A DNA stretch of 40,298 nucleotides from Selaginella moellendorffii (taxonomy: Eukaryota; Plantae; Lycopodiophyta), in contig NW_003314396.1 in assembly GCF_000143415.4 (NCBI RefSeq), positions 181,129-221,426 on the forward strand, written 5' to 3'. The notes under the pieces were generated by a model. It did no database searches. It worked only from the letters and a program-made list of their open reading frames with translations, and was not told the DNA's origin. This document shows, piece after piece, positions 12,501 through 25,600 of this stretch (its first letter is position 1; each line of letters begins with the position of its first letter). The position numbers and the translations under genes were made by a program.

Positions 12501-13338
12501 TGAGGGTGAGAATTGCTCATTGCCTGCTGAGCATGGGAAAGTTTCTCGAGTCAGAGTTCTCCTTGTTCAATATCTCCTACCAGTCTGTTAACAAGTTCCA
12601 TGGCACAACGCTCCTAGCCGCCATGGAATCAAGGCATGCTGGTTGTCCTTCGCTCTCCACACACGTCTTATAGGTCAACTTATTCCATGTTTTTATTCTT
12701 GAAGTTTTGGTTTTGTTATAACAAATAGTTTTGTTCATATTAGGTTTCTGAGTTCATGTTGAAGAATGGAGTGCACGGTGGATGGGCTGAAAAAGGTCAG
12801 AGACAACCTAGAGGAGGAAGTTGTGCTGAGGATTACAAAATTGGATTCCAAACCTGGTGCTGTTGCGGGAAAGATTTGTGTAACTGATGGAAATGAAGTT
12901 ATGGAAGCATATTCATCCTTTCGTATGGCAAACGCCATTAGTTCTTAGGCTATTCGAGAAAAAAGCCTCATAAAACTTTGCACAGTAAATACAAATGCCA
13001 AGCCATGTGACACATACCTCTCAAGGTGCCTTGCTATAATCCACAAGAACCCTTCCAGTTATGAGCTCTATCAGTGTGAGTCCAAAATTATATGTGTTCT
13101 TTGAGCAAGTGTTTGTGTACTTTCAAGCTTATCTATGAGAGATAAACAGATTGTAAGTATTTGAGTTTTGATTTCCTGCTTACCTATCACTCAGGTTAGT
13201 GACATGACTTCCTATCTTTGTATTTTGCAAAATATATAAAAATATTCTTTGGACAAAGTTTGTTGCATATAATTGTCAGTATTTTATATGATGGCCAAAG
13301 CTATATATCATCTTGAACCACCTTGAATTTAAAATAAG

Positions 13339-13656
13339 TTGAGTGCAGAGTGGGGATCCGTGCAGAGCCGCACTCCCTCCCCTCTCTGGCTGGGAGGCGT
13401 CGTCTGCCCGCGCCGACGATGGGGCAGCAGACAGTGGTGCTGCTCCCTCCCTGGCGGTTGGCCGCCCCTCATCGGTCGGGGGTGGAACGGCCAAAACCGC
13501 GCTGGAGCTGTGCTGCCCTCCGCGGGACGGGGAGCAGCCCCTTTCGGCCGGCGGGGACGACCGGGTTTAGCGGCAGACGGGGATCCCGCGAGACAACCCC
13601 GCCCCCGTGTACGGCGGGTCGATACCACCCCACCGCGGGGTTTAGGCGGAGTCGGC
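13339..13656. other. GC-rich, hairpin-dense island of unknown origin (structured ncRNA or organellar insertion)
   Basis: Sharp compositional borders, many inverted repeats and two GGGTTTAG motifs (13563-13570, 13638-13645). Confidence 0.5.
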
Positions 13657-15462
13657 ATAAATTCTATGTTTATTTTGAAAATACTAATGTCAAAATTCTA
13701 TTATGGCAACACATCTACACGATGTTTCATCCATCTTCAGGGTGATGGTATTTTTAAACATGTAAATGCTACTGATATGACATTTATTACCGATGTTATT
13801 CATGACGGCAAAAGATAGTCTCTTGAACATCTATTCCAGATGGTTGCTGGTTTTTACTACTTGCTGCTCTCCCCTTCAACAGCCCTCCCTGCAGCAATCT
13901 GATACTGATCCCGCACTCTCTAGGACCTCACCCAAGTGGAATGGGTAATGCTTTGGCCTTGCCACTATCCCCCACTTGCAGGCCTCCATCTTGAAACTCA
14001 AAGAGATAAGAACAGGCCAAGAAAGAAAATGGAACGATCCTTCCCTTCTTCTCAAGGCAGTTGCCCCTGCCGATGGTAGCAAGTGTGGGGCGATTGGCGC
14101 TCTCCCGTATGCACTCTTCTACCTCTAGCTGCACCTCCAATCACAGCAGCCATTGTGCTGGCGCAACGCTCCTCTAAGCCCTAGAATGCCAAATCATTTT
14201 TTTATTTTGTGGTTTGAGGCAATATCCTTGACTGGATGTCAGCACCACCATAACTTTTGCTCCTGCCAACCAACAAGGGATCCAAGCATTGCTGAAGTGG
14301 CACCCTACCTTAGCCAAATTTTCGAGTTTGTTTTCTCTTTTTCTGGAAGGCATGGAAGAAGGAGATAGTTTGGAGCAGCAGCAGTGTCAATCCTTGAGGG
14401 ACATACTCAGACAGACTTTGTTTAGGTCTCCCTCTTGTGTCTCCTCACGCTTTAATGCTTCAACATCCATTACTTGTATAGAGTATGAGATGCGAAGTGA
14501 GCTCTTCCATGTTGACTGATGTTTCTTTGCCAGGCTGTCTATCAGGTGGATTATCTCACTCAGGTGGCATAGAGGCTTTGTAGTGCCAGAGTCAATCATT
14601 CACACTCAGTTTCCCACACAAGCTCGCCACTCTCAAGGACTTTTGCTAGAGGTAGTAACAGCCATGACAACTCTACATAATGCACTTGTTCCAACTCACC
14701 TACTACTATGGTTTCTCCTCATTTTGTGGCAGAGGAGACTTCAGTGACAGTGGTAGTGAAACTGGCTTTTGCCACCTTTGCTTCACCACCACAACCAGTG
14801 CCAATTTCAGTTCCAATACCAACTATGGAGACTCTAGTACCAGCTACTAAGACTTCAGTATCAACTGTGGAGATTCTAGCTTCTAATTCACCTCATAGGA
14901 ATTGTTCCTTATCTTCTCTATTGTGTTCTCATCATGAGATCTACATTGACGACATCCATGACATTGCGGTGTGTGGTATACTTCACAAAGTGGTTCTAGA
15001 TTACAGGCAGGAGACTCAGCCTGACATATGCTCCTCCTTTAGCATTGGCTACCCATGCTATCTAGCCCCATCATTCTCACCAACTTTTGTTCCAGCTTGC
15101 TTGACAACAATGGCTATGATGGTGACGATGGTGGATGGTAACATTGGTGATATTTGCTGACTAGGGTTGGAGGAGCATACTTCATTGGAGGCTGTAGGCA
15201 TCAGTGCTGCCTCTGTGAAGCCTGCCCCTCCCCCTTTGCGAGAAGGAGGCTTGTGGCTTTGCTACTCTTGGCCAGCCTGTTCCCCCACTCTCTGCGAGTA
15301 CCATCTATAGAAGCAGAGGGTGCCACCAGCAAGATGGCTTCTCTCCATCTCCTCCACTCCTCCCATAACTCTTCATGGCATCCCAAGACTTGACAGGCAA
15401 GCCATTGCCTCGTCCAGCATCCCCACTCAACCACCTTTCACCTTTTCCATGGACCTCTATTT

Positions 15463-16173
15463 TTGGATTTGGTATCACCTACTATTCTCTGTGGAAAACA
15501 GCAGCAAACAACACCCTTGCAGCCACTACCAACTCAAGTGGCTCCCTCCACCTCATCCTCATCTGCTGCTGCTCCACAGCAGCAGCAGCCTCCACTCGCT
15601 ACTGCTCCACAGCTGCAGCGCCCAGTGGTTCCACCACCACCTTTTCCAGCTTCACCACCACTTTTTCAAGTTCCACCTCTATCTTTGCCACCATCCTTTC
15701 TTCTGCAGGTGTCTACCACCGTTGCTGCCTCTACAGTTTCTAGTTACTTTGTGGAAGCTTGCCAGGAAATTCAAGGCGTGGCGTCCTACACACTCATTTC
15801 TCCACTTGAGGAGCCTGCTCTTGGCTCTTCGCCATATCAGCAACAACAACCACAAGAGCTTGCTGTTGGCCAGCAGCAACAGGAGCCTGCTGTTGGCTCT
15901 TTGCCACAGCAGCAGCAACAGCAACAGCTGTGCCAACCCACTTGAGTGCCCTTGCGTAGCACTATATTACCATCATGTGATGCCAGCCAGCAGCATGGCC
16001 TTGATTGTGAGGCTTTAATAGTGAGGTGCCACCATAGGGCTGAAGCTTCCACCTGTGCTGTTGATGATGTTAACATCTTGGAGGACAGCCTTGATTCTGG
16101 CAGAGGCCTCTCTAGCAATAGCCAGGATGAAGAGCAAGAGCTCCCTTCCCAGCAGCATCAACAGCAGAAGTAG
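15463..16173 (+). other. Low-complexity Pro/Gln-rich (CAG/CCA) region, probably a TE-derived ORF relic
   Basis: ORFs are open in several frames and on both strands because of the repeats; no recognisable domain; lies next to the Penelope-like relic. Confidence 0.35.
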
Positions 16174-16356
16174 CAGTGGCGATGTAGAAAGCCCCTAGCG
16201 ATGACTCCACTTCCCCACCACCACATTATGTCCTTACAGCCTTTTCAGATGCTGGACCTATGCTGGGTGGTTCAAGAGTGTCAAGGATGTTTTTAAGATG
16301 ATTTTCTAGAGCTCTCTCAGAAAGTTTCTAGAAGAGGTCAACTCTTTTCTCCAGGG

Positions 16357-17245
16357 ACTAGAAGCTGTTAAGAAGCCGTTCGACAACTGCTCTTGGCCTT
16401 CCGTGATGAGGACTGCTCTCGTTATTCTCTGAAAGTATCGTTCTACAAAGTTGATAGATGGCTACAGGACTTGGCGAAAGAGAACACGACGAAGGAGCTC
16501 TCTTCTGCCCTGGACACTGCTCAAGCTCGAGCCGAATCTCTCCCAAAGGAGTAGACGATCCAGGAGCTGGTGGACAAGACAGTGTCCAAGGTACCCAAGG
16601 AGAGCCTACAACGCCTTGGTTTCGACGTTGGCCAAGATCGAGCGTCCGGTTCAGATGATTCTCCTGAGGGGAAGAGGACAATGAGCAAAAGCCCCTCTCC
16701 CTGTAGCCCACAGCAACAACAGCAGTAGCAAGTGCGCTCTTAGCAGTGGGGGTGCCAGTCCAGGTGTTGTGGCGCATGTGGACAACTTCCTGCATGCCAG
16801 GAGAACAGCAGCAGCAACAGCAGTAGGGAAATCAGGTGGCATGGAACAGTGTGTTTCCTCCAACACCCATTCCGCTACCCAGGCTTCATCTTCTCGCAGG
16901 AAACTCGACTGAGTATCTCCTGCAGGAGGTAGTTCCTGAATCTAGAGTCGTGGCCCCACTGGAGTTGCTGAAGGATCTGGATACGCTTCACCTCCCATGG
17001 GCCTCTTCACGTTTGACATGGAAAGCTTGTACCCGAGCATCCCCACGTTCAATGGTGGCTCTTTATATAAAGTAAACTACTGCAAGGTTTGAGCTTATTG
17101 TCTGTGCCGCGGATCTGCTGGAACAGCTCCTGACCAACCTCCACGTAGTTATGCTCGAGGATGAGCCCAGCGGCAGCGAGAATGAAGCGTGATCTTGTAA
17201 GCCGTTGCCATACTTCTCCATGACAACGTCTTGTAGCCTCTGCAA
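16357..17245 (+). mobile_element. Penelope-like retroelement relic (possible ORF1-like coiled coil plus RT) with an inverted 3' segment
   Basis: Plus strand: ELLKDLDTLHLP, frameshift, LFTFDMESLYPSIP (~17004-17045, RT motif A). Minus strand 17245 to 17050: LQRLQDVVMEKYG / FILAAAGLILEHNYVEVGQELFQQIRGT / NLAVVY (motif B region). A stop-interrupted helical frame lies at 16357-16680. Confidence 0.75.
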
Positions 17246-17271
17246 GATGTTAATTGGTGATTTGCATACAT

Positions 17272-19996
17272 CTAAACTTGATTAGTGTTTTCGGGGGAGT
17301 CATTTTGTTGCGTTCCCACTTCTTTTGATGCTAATTGCATTGAGCGGTGCATTTGTGATATCTTAGCTCGCAGAAGTACAGCTACAAAAACCAAGAGAAA
17401 AATAATTCCTCCCATAATCATAGGGTTCGTCAGCCACTCATATGTCACCCAAATGGCAGTTGGTGCTTTCTGTACGCATCAGAAGCTGTTGTAGCCAAAC
17501 AATCTAAAATTAAATACCTCAATGTAATTAGCGATAACCTGGTAACTGGACAGGCCTTCTTTCACAGGACCACATATACCACTGCTGGGGGATGTCAGCC
17601 TGAAGACAATAGGAATACTTGAAAGAATAAGCGTTATTAAGAGCAATCCGTAGGTTATATCCGAGGTGCTTGATGCACTGTATGCCTTTTCCATTGGCGC
17701 GCACGTTCTCATAAGTACTTCCTGGTGCCAGTTACCATTTACCAATCACCATTAATCTAAAGTATTTTCACTTCACCTTCAGTGATAAAAATGAAACGCA
17801 GTTGCAAATGGCTCCGAGTGTAGCTGCGATTGGACTAAACATAGAAGCGACCCATACAACTGCTTGGATATAAACCACCCGGATAGGCATATCTTCAATA
17901 GCCATTTGTTGTCTATGCTGCGCAGGAGGATAGGAAGTAATCGTCACATATGTATATGTAAAGCTTACCTTAAAGTAGTAAAGAACAAAATATCCCTTGG
18001 CTCCCTCCACTGCATTATCAATCAGCGTGCTGCTTATAATTAGCTCGAGAAGGAGCTTTGCAACAGCATTATCTGCACAGTCTGCTACGCAATAACCAAT
18101 CTGATATTGACAAGCAAAAGTCATTCATAAAATACAAAATACAAATCATACCTTAGAGGGCCTGCAAGTCGGCCAAACACTCTCATAAGCATCTTTTTCC
18201 AAACAACAAATCAGCCCATCCTTACATTTCCCAGAGTGACAAGCTTTCATGGAGCTTCCCTCTTTGGCCACTCGTGCCTGTTCAATAACAACATAAAGCC
18301 TGCCTGGTACAATTTAGCTCAACCAAATGAAGCAGATAACATACTCACCTATAAAACAATGTCCCTACATTCAACATTCGTATAAAATAGAGCTTCACAA
18401 GAAGTACTTGATCAGCTGTAGAGGGCTTCCAATCCTCCATTTGGACAAGCATCCGGATTAACCGTGGAGAAGAAATATTGACAGCTGCTAGAAGAAACGG
18501 TTGTGCAAAACCTTCCATAAAGCCTGGATAAATTAAAACGAACTTTTCTATCATCGGCTATTTTGAAACTTACGCAAGCTCGAGTCAATTGTAGCTTGCT
18601 TTGAAACAAGAAAGATAACAGCAGCAACAGTGCTAATCATAAGCAATGGAAATAGCAAAAAGAGAGCCACATTTCTCTGGAAGTATAATAACAGTTTCAG
18701 CAAGTACACTACAAATTCTTACTTTATAGAGCTTCTTTTTGTCCGTGGTTGCAATCTCTTGTTGAATTTCAGCACAGTCAGCTAGCATTTCATGAAGGCG
18801 CATTCTAATTCCTCGCTTCAGATTTGAGGACGACTACAAATACAGTAGTTGAGCCATCTAATACTAAATAAATCCTTACTTCTAAAGTGGTCAAATGAAA
18901 GTCCCAGTTTGCTAAAATTGCAGTTGCAAAAGGGTACCCAGCTCCGGTGTATGCATTTGTATAGTCACCAGATCCCATTATTCGAACTGCCATCCTGTAA
19001 CAAATTTTATTATTTAAAAAAAAAGAGACGCAGTTAATACCTTCCAAGAACAGCTGCCAATGTGACAAATAATGTCATCCCTATTATGACTGTATACATG
19101 TAGTCAGTCCTGTACCAACCTTTCTGTTCTCCGCTGGTGTAGTTATAGCCGCCATAGAAAAACCACGTAGAATCCAGATAGTGATCCTGCAAGAAGTTTA
19201 TTTACAAAGACAAAAAAAAATAATAAATGATTTACCTTCTTAGACTGTCTGGACTCCAACAAGTGCCAGCTGTATGAATCGGGAGGACGGGCAAAGAATG
19301 GAAAAACTATAAATACAATCCACATCGACGACAGAATGACGTTGAGCAAAAACACAAATCTCAGAAACTCAAAGGTCACCATAACTGCTGACCCAAACTT
19401 TCCTTCGATAGACTTTAGAGTGGACGTCCAAATCGAGAAGCTATCCTTATTCTATAAAAATAGACCTTGAATTGACATCACGCATCAATTATCACACTCA
19501 CTCGTTCAAACCAATCTTTTGCTTTGTCGAGTTTGTCAGGGTCCAAAACCTGTTGCATTCGGTCTTCTAGTAACGCCCATAACCCCTTGTTCTTCTTATT
19601 TTCTCGGACGTGGTCAAGACCAAGGAGTGTGATACGACCTTTTGCTTTGGCAGCGGCTCGTGATATCTACTTGGTTTTTCTCAAGTAAATGAGGGGATAT
19701 GATAGAAGGCATATATGGACCTGATACCGCTTTGTTGATTCTGCCGCCTCAGTAGTAGAAATGGTATCGAAGACTTCCTCTCGGGCATTGCCAACATTCT
19801 TGTTGTCATTCTTGAGTGCCATCGCCTCAAAAGGTTTAAGTGCTTAGGGTTGTCAGGTGACACGCAAATTCGGCAAACTTTGTTCGATGACAATAGTAAT
19901 CCTCTGGGTGTTCTACGGGCTATAAAGGGGATAAAAAAAGGTAAGCCGACACTTCCAATTACATGGCCACCTACGTCGCTCTTTAAAACTGTTCAT
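17272..19996 (-). CDS. Transmembrane channel-like (TMC family) protein, multi-exon
   Basis: Spliced exons give IWTSTLKSIEGKFGSAVMVTFEFLRFVFLLN, YLDSTWFFYGGY, ILANWDF, VVYIQAVVWVASMFSP, CAPMEKAYSAS and PSSGICGP. These are colinear with TMC hallmarks (IE..FG..V..YF.FLR, LFYG.Y, WDF, IY.Q...W.G..FSP, PS..CGP). No stops in the exons I read; start codon and last exon uncertain. Confidence 0.9.
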
Positions 19997-20321
19997 AGTT
20001 GCTAATTAAGCGTGTAGCACCTGGAAGTCCTGTGCAAGACATAACAGAACTCCCTTTAAAAGGTTTTGCCAAGCCTTAGAGAAAAAGAACGAATATGTGG
20101 TTTATTGATTTTGGCTTATCTATAGTATCACGGACATCTAGACTGGTCACTAAAAAAAGTCGAAGCAAACAACGCTAAATTTCCTCTCTAATATAAACTA
20201 AGATGAAATCCATCCCTGAACAACAATAAAGATCTGATATTGACAGTCTACTATAAGAAAATGAAGGGAAGTTTTAGGGCATGCTATTTTCTCTATAATG
20301 GTGCTGTTGTAGTGGCAAGAG
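19997..20321. promoter_or_regulatory. Short head-to-head intergenic region, putative bidirectional promoter
   Basis: About 325 bp between divergent candidate ATGs; several TATAA-like motifs. Confidence 0.45.
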
Positions 20322-22341
20322 ATGCGACTATTAACAGGACAGAAGGACATTCACGAAAACGAGAGCACGCTCATGCTACTTTCTCCTAGGTCCGTTCCTG
20401 GAGGATTGTCCTGCTCGTCGTCAAGAAGCTCTTGGGATTCATCTACATGTGAAAACTTTTGCCAAACAGATGGCTGCGAAAATGCTAAGGTTCTTCAAGA
20501 TCTGCCAGATCGCAAAAGCATTCAGGGTCCCGCAGTAGGTGCTAAAGCTAAAGAAAGCGGATCATTTCTTGAGCCTTTTCTTGGACAGAACTTGCTACAG
20601 TCCGTTCTTCCAAGCGCAGATGAAGTAAAATGTTAATGTTAATTTGCATTCATTCGTCATGTTAAATCTGTAGGGAGGACTTCAACAAAAAATATCACAG
20701 CTTAAAGTTGCATTCGACGCCTCTAACAGGTCGGTATAGAGAAAAAAAAATCCTTTCTCACTAAAGCAAGCCGCAGGGCACTTGAAGAAAGTGAAAACGA
20801 AACAGAAGCATTGCGGACCTATCTTTCCCATGTGGAATGTGGAGCTTCTAGCCTACATTTCCGTGTAAAAGAGCTTGAACAACTTCTTCAACTTGGTATC
20901 TTCCTTTAGTGTGTACCTAGTTCAGCCTAAATATTTTTATATCAGAAAAAGCTCAAGGCAACGAAGAACTCAACAAACTTCGGGGGAAGATTGTACTAGA
21001 TGCACAACAGGAAGCTCAGAAACAAGCAGCTGGTGCGGCTCATGCTGTGGTGGTAGCCCGTGAAGCAGCTATGGAAATGGACAAGGTAATAACAGGGAAG
21101 TTCGCAATGTTACTAAAATGAACGTGTACAGGTCAAACGACACTTTTCAGTGCTTGTAAAATCACAAGAAGATGAGATTCTCCGGTTGTGCAAAGACGTC
21201 GATAATACTCGTGTTCTGTATCAGGTAAATCTTATTTTGCATAGCAGTTCAATGGTTGTCCATATAAGCAGGCAAAATCTGGCATGGTGAAGCCTCTGAA
21301 ACAACGGATACATGAGCTGGTATTGTAATCCATGTACATGTTACACAATCGTGAAAACATGTGATATAGGAACTATGCTTGTGTCTTCAGTCCCAAAAAG
21401 CAGACGCTGAAACAGAAGGAATACAACTTGAAAAACTGCAGGTGAATACTGAATTTCAAATTGGCTCTAATGCGACTTTGTTTACAGCTAATAACTAAGA
21501 AAAAAGAAAGTGAATTTTGCAAGATAAAGGAAGCCCTTGACACATCCAGCAGAACAGCAACAGCTTTAGATGACCGATTAAAGCTTCTGGAGAGCGAGAA
21601 ACAGGATCTTATGGTGCGGAATGTGGTTCTTGAACAACAGGTACCATTTTTCGGCGAAGATCTGCTTCCTGGTCATAAGTACAGCGGACTTTCAGGTGAA
21701 AAAATTACAACACCAGCAGATTATGGCAACTATTTCACATTATGATTTTGAGCTCCATAAAGTAATTGTGCACTTCATTTTTTACTCTCGCACATAATCA
21801 GAGCATACAGGTCCGGGCAGTGCTGGGTGGCGAGAAAGCACATTTACTCTCTGATCTGGTATGTCTGGTATCTTTCCGGTATTAATGAAGCTTCTTACCA
21901 GGCTCTTCTTCGCTCTCGAAACAAATGCCTTCGAGGTGACCTTCAAGAGTGGCAGGAGAAGTACATGGCTCTTAGTCACCATGCTGGGATGGAGACAATT
22001 TCAAACTCAAAAGAGCATAATCTAGTTGAAGACACGTACTGGGATGTTAAAATAACACATGCCGAAGGAAAGATGCAGGATTCCTTTGAAAATGATTTCA
22101 GGGACACTACACACAATTATAAAAGCGACACAGCAGTCCACAGCTGCAACAGAAATTGTAGTTCTTGCGAGGCCAAAGAGAGTATTCTTACCGCAGCCCA
22201 TAGAGAAATTATGAAACTCAACGAGGTGAGATTTTTACTACATGTTCCTAAGTGTTAATGTTGTTGATGCAGATAAATCAATGGTTGATTTCAGCTTGTC
22301 ATAACGACATAAAATTGAAGAGCCTCCCAAAACGTTACTAA
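20322..22341 (+). CDS. Uncharacterised coiled-coil protein, multi-exon
   Basis: Short GT-AG introns join heptad-rich exons (LQQKISQLKVAFDASNRALEESENETEALR; LDDRLKLLESEKQDLMVRNVVLEQQ). Last exon 22273-22341 ends in TAA. Confidence 0.75.
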
Positions 22342-22659
22342 ATGTAGTCAATGTATTTGACTCTTTCCACAGTTCGGTGTATTCTCTAGCACTTTCTTCC
22401 TCGAGACACCTTTGAAAGCTATACACCAGACTCCCATTACTAGTTCGTATTGCATGTGTTAAACCAGCAGATCTTATATTTTTGAATTGGCCTTAAGACT
22501 CGTTATAACTTCTTCGAAGTTCTTGTATTACGCGACCGTTGTAAATTAGCTAGATTTTAGGGCTCATCCGCACATTACTTAGTGCGGCTGGCTCTAGTTC
22601 TTAGATTCCATTGTGTTATGCATTTTGACCTACCCTGACTTCTTTCGTTGTCTCATTCT

Positions 22660-25600
22660 ATGAATTCTTCTCATGGAAACCATGATAACCAAATCAATGA
22701 GAACGGAATTGAGGGTAGAAGGAACAGCGAAAGAAGAATATCGCAGCTCTTGGACAGAGTCAATGGAAGAAGATCTTCCCAGCAGGAAACCAATGTTGAG
22801 TCATTAACTCCACTCTCCAAGACCACCTCAGTAGAGAATGGTACAAGAATGTCAATGCCAACAGAGGATGCTATTAAAGCTTCAGAAGATGTTGGTGGAG
22901 GTCCGGGGAATGCACAACTACTCGTTAATGAAGATTTTAGCAACAATAGCGATCTCTTCGGACGTGACATAGATGGTAGACAAGAAGCTCCTCAAACAGA
23001 CAATAACGCAGATACAGGTGCCACATCTCAAGTAGCTTTGGAAAATGCCAGGAAAAGCAGTACATTTAATGCGCCTTTGATGATTCCAGAAATTTCGGGA
23101 AGAAGTAGTGCTCTTGATCCTCTAAATAATGAGAACGTTTCAAGGAGAATTAGCACAGAATCTACGAGTGATATTGCCACAACTTCGAATGTTCCCCAGC
23201 ATGAAGCAAGGATACCTGATAGACCTCAAGAGTCATATGACATAGTAAGAAACGAAATTTCACAGGCCGAGGTATTATTAACGGACATCGTCAACCAAGT
23301 TTCTATGTCAGCTCTCACAAGGCCGGCCAGTGATGATGCTTCTGTAGTTACACAGGAAAAAATGGCTAGTCGCCCAGAGGCTTTAAGAAAACCAGCTTCT
23401 TTGGATGAAGCACCACTAAGTTCCAAAGTACCTGATCTCGCTACAAGGCTGGATGGCAATGTAGAGTACGCTGGAAGAACATCCCGGCGGCAATGGGGAA
23501 GCATAAGGGGCTTGTCCAAAGATTCTTCTGTCGAAGACTCTAGTACTGGGGACATTGAAGGTGAATACATTACGGACCTTATGAAGAAAAGAAGATCTAA
23601 TAAAGAGAACCAAATTCGTGATGCCATGCAACAAGGGATTCTAGGAAGCTCCGGTGTGCCAGATTTTCATGCTCGGCTTTTGGTTGGTGTTTCGTTTTTT
23701 TAATACATGCTTTTGTACTTCCGCAGTTTTTATAGGCTCTGAGATTGGCCGTTCAAGATTACGAGCTTCCTATGCAACTTGCCTATGACGAACTTGATGA
23801 GCTTGCAGCCAATGCTGAGCGCGTAAGAAGCGCCATTGAAAAAAACATGACGCTGCTAACCATTCAGGTTAGCCTGCTCATTTGACTTCCACGGAAATTG
23901 ATACTCTAGTTTAAAGATGAGAAGAAGCAGTCTAAGATATATGAGATCTGCTTTTATGGCATTGACACTACACAAGGGAAGAAAAATTGCAAGAAGGTTT
24001 GCTATGAAGAATGCTGCTGAATACTTTCAACGACGGATGCTGGGACGAGCTTTTCAAGCGTGGAAAATTTTTTTTTTGCGCATGGAAAAGTTCAAAAGAT
24101 TGCAGCAGTCAGCGGAAAAATTCTTGCGACGTCATAATATTGCACGTATTTGGTAGTAGCTATCATTGATCTAGAATGCTCCTAGATCTGTTACTGTTCG
24201 TGCAGGAGAGCTTGGAGATCCCTTGTAAAGCGAAGACAAAGGGAAGATGAACGACATAGGTACTTTCCTTATTTACCTTGTTAACCTGTCAAGTATATAC
24301 AGGAGAGAAAAGCAATTAGTCCGCGATTTGCAAGTAAAACAAAGGGAGTGCATAGGACGAAGAGCTGTTAATGCTATACGGAGAAGACGGTTGCAAAGGG
24401 TTCTGTTTGCTTTCAAGGTTCTTACAAGGCACATCTGTTCTCTTGCTCCATTAGAAATTAGCAATTAGCATCACTGCAGGTTGGTGTACAAATTAGTAGA
24501 GCTGTTGACGAGCGCAGAGATCACATTTTTTACCTTCTTTTAAGACGAAAGGCGGCCCTGGCTTTTAAATTCTGGCAGAGATACCCAGCTAACAGGTTCT
24601 TTCTTAAACAGTAATATTCATGGCCTAACTTAAATTTTAGAGCACGTCACTTTCGAGCAATACAAAGGGGTGAAAGGAAAGTTCTCTCCAAATGTTTTTG
24701 GTTGTGGGAGGATGAAACTGCATTTTCAAGATATTGGAAAAGGAGAATACAAAAATGTAGACTTGCGAGTGCATTCGGACTATGGATGCGTTTCGTGGTG
24801 CAGAAATCAAGATATGACACAATTTTTGTCAGATTGGTCCGATCCCGCTTACGAAGGCAATTTGATGAGCTACATGAAATTTGCTTGGAGGAGAAGTGGA
24901 AAAGTAGGACCTGTAAACGCATTAAAAGAAAATGTGAAGACATAAAAATAAGATGGACTTTTCAGGCCTGGATTTGCTACATGCAGGTTAAAATGTTATT
25001 TCAATTATTGTAGGCTGACCCTTTATGTAGGTACAATCACACAAGAGGATGCTTAAAGTCGAGGAGCACGTTGCAATTCTTGAGAAAGAGAACCAACGGA
25101 CTAGAACGGAATATGACAGACTAGGACGCATTGTTGATACTGGCGAGTGGGATCAACAACGTGTGTTGGAACTTGAGCAGGCAAGGCATGTGTTATCTGG
25201 AGAACGAAACGCCCTGACAAAGCTCATTGGTCGTCTTGAGAGAGAGCATGCTATGGCTGTGAAATACCAGAACCAACAGGAGCAAGAGATCAAGCTTCTC
25301 AAAGATCAGATGCTAAACAGCGTAAAACAGCTGTTTTTAATAGACAAAAACACTGGTTTTTATTTTTTCTAACAGAACTTTGTACACCGAAATAAGTTGC
25401 TGGTTAGAGGGGCATCAAGTTTCAACTCTGTGGTTCGGGCTGTTAAGTCTGAGGTATCCAGTCTTGTTCTGAGATTTTTAAATAATAATTTTTTTTTTTA
25501 TCTCTGTAGGTTCTTAAAAAAGGAGTCAATCCGGAAGTCATTTACTCCGTAGACAGAATGGCCATGGACCAGGTAAAGGTTTGAATTTTAGACCACATCT

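Noticed and set aside
13460-13550. Possible hammerhead ribozyme (minus-strand GAAA and CCGAUGA)
   Set aside because: The core is not CUGANGA and stems II/III do not close properly.
13329-13818. Overlapping ORFs across the GC island
   Set aside because: Open only because high GC depletes stop codons; no domain or splice structure.
22671-23634. Antisense ORFs within the large exon
   Set aside because: Shadows of the sense-strand low-complexity exon.
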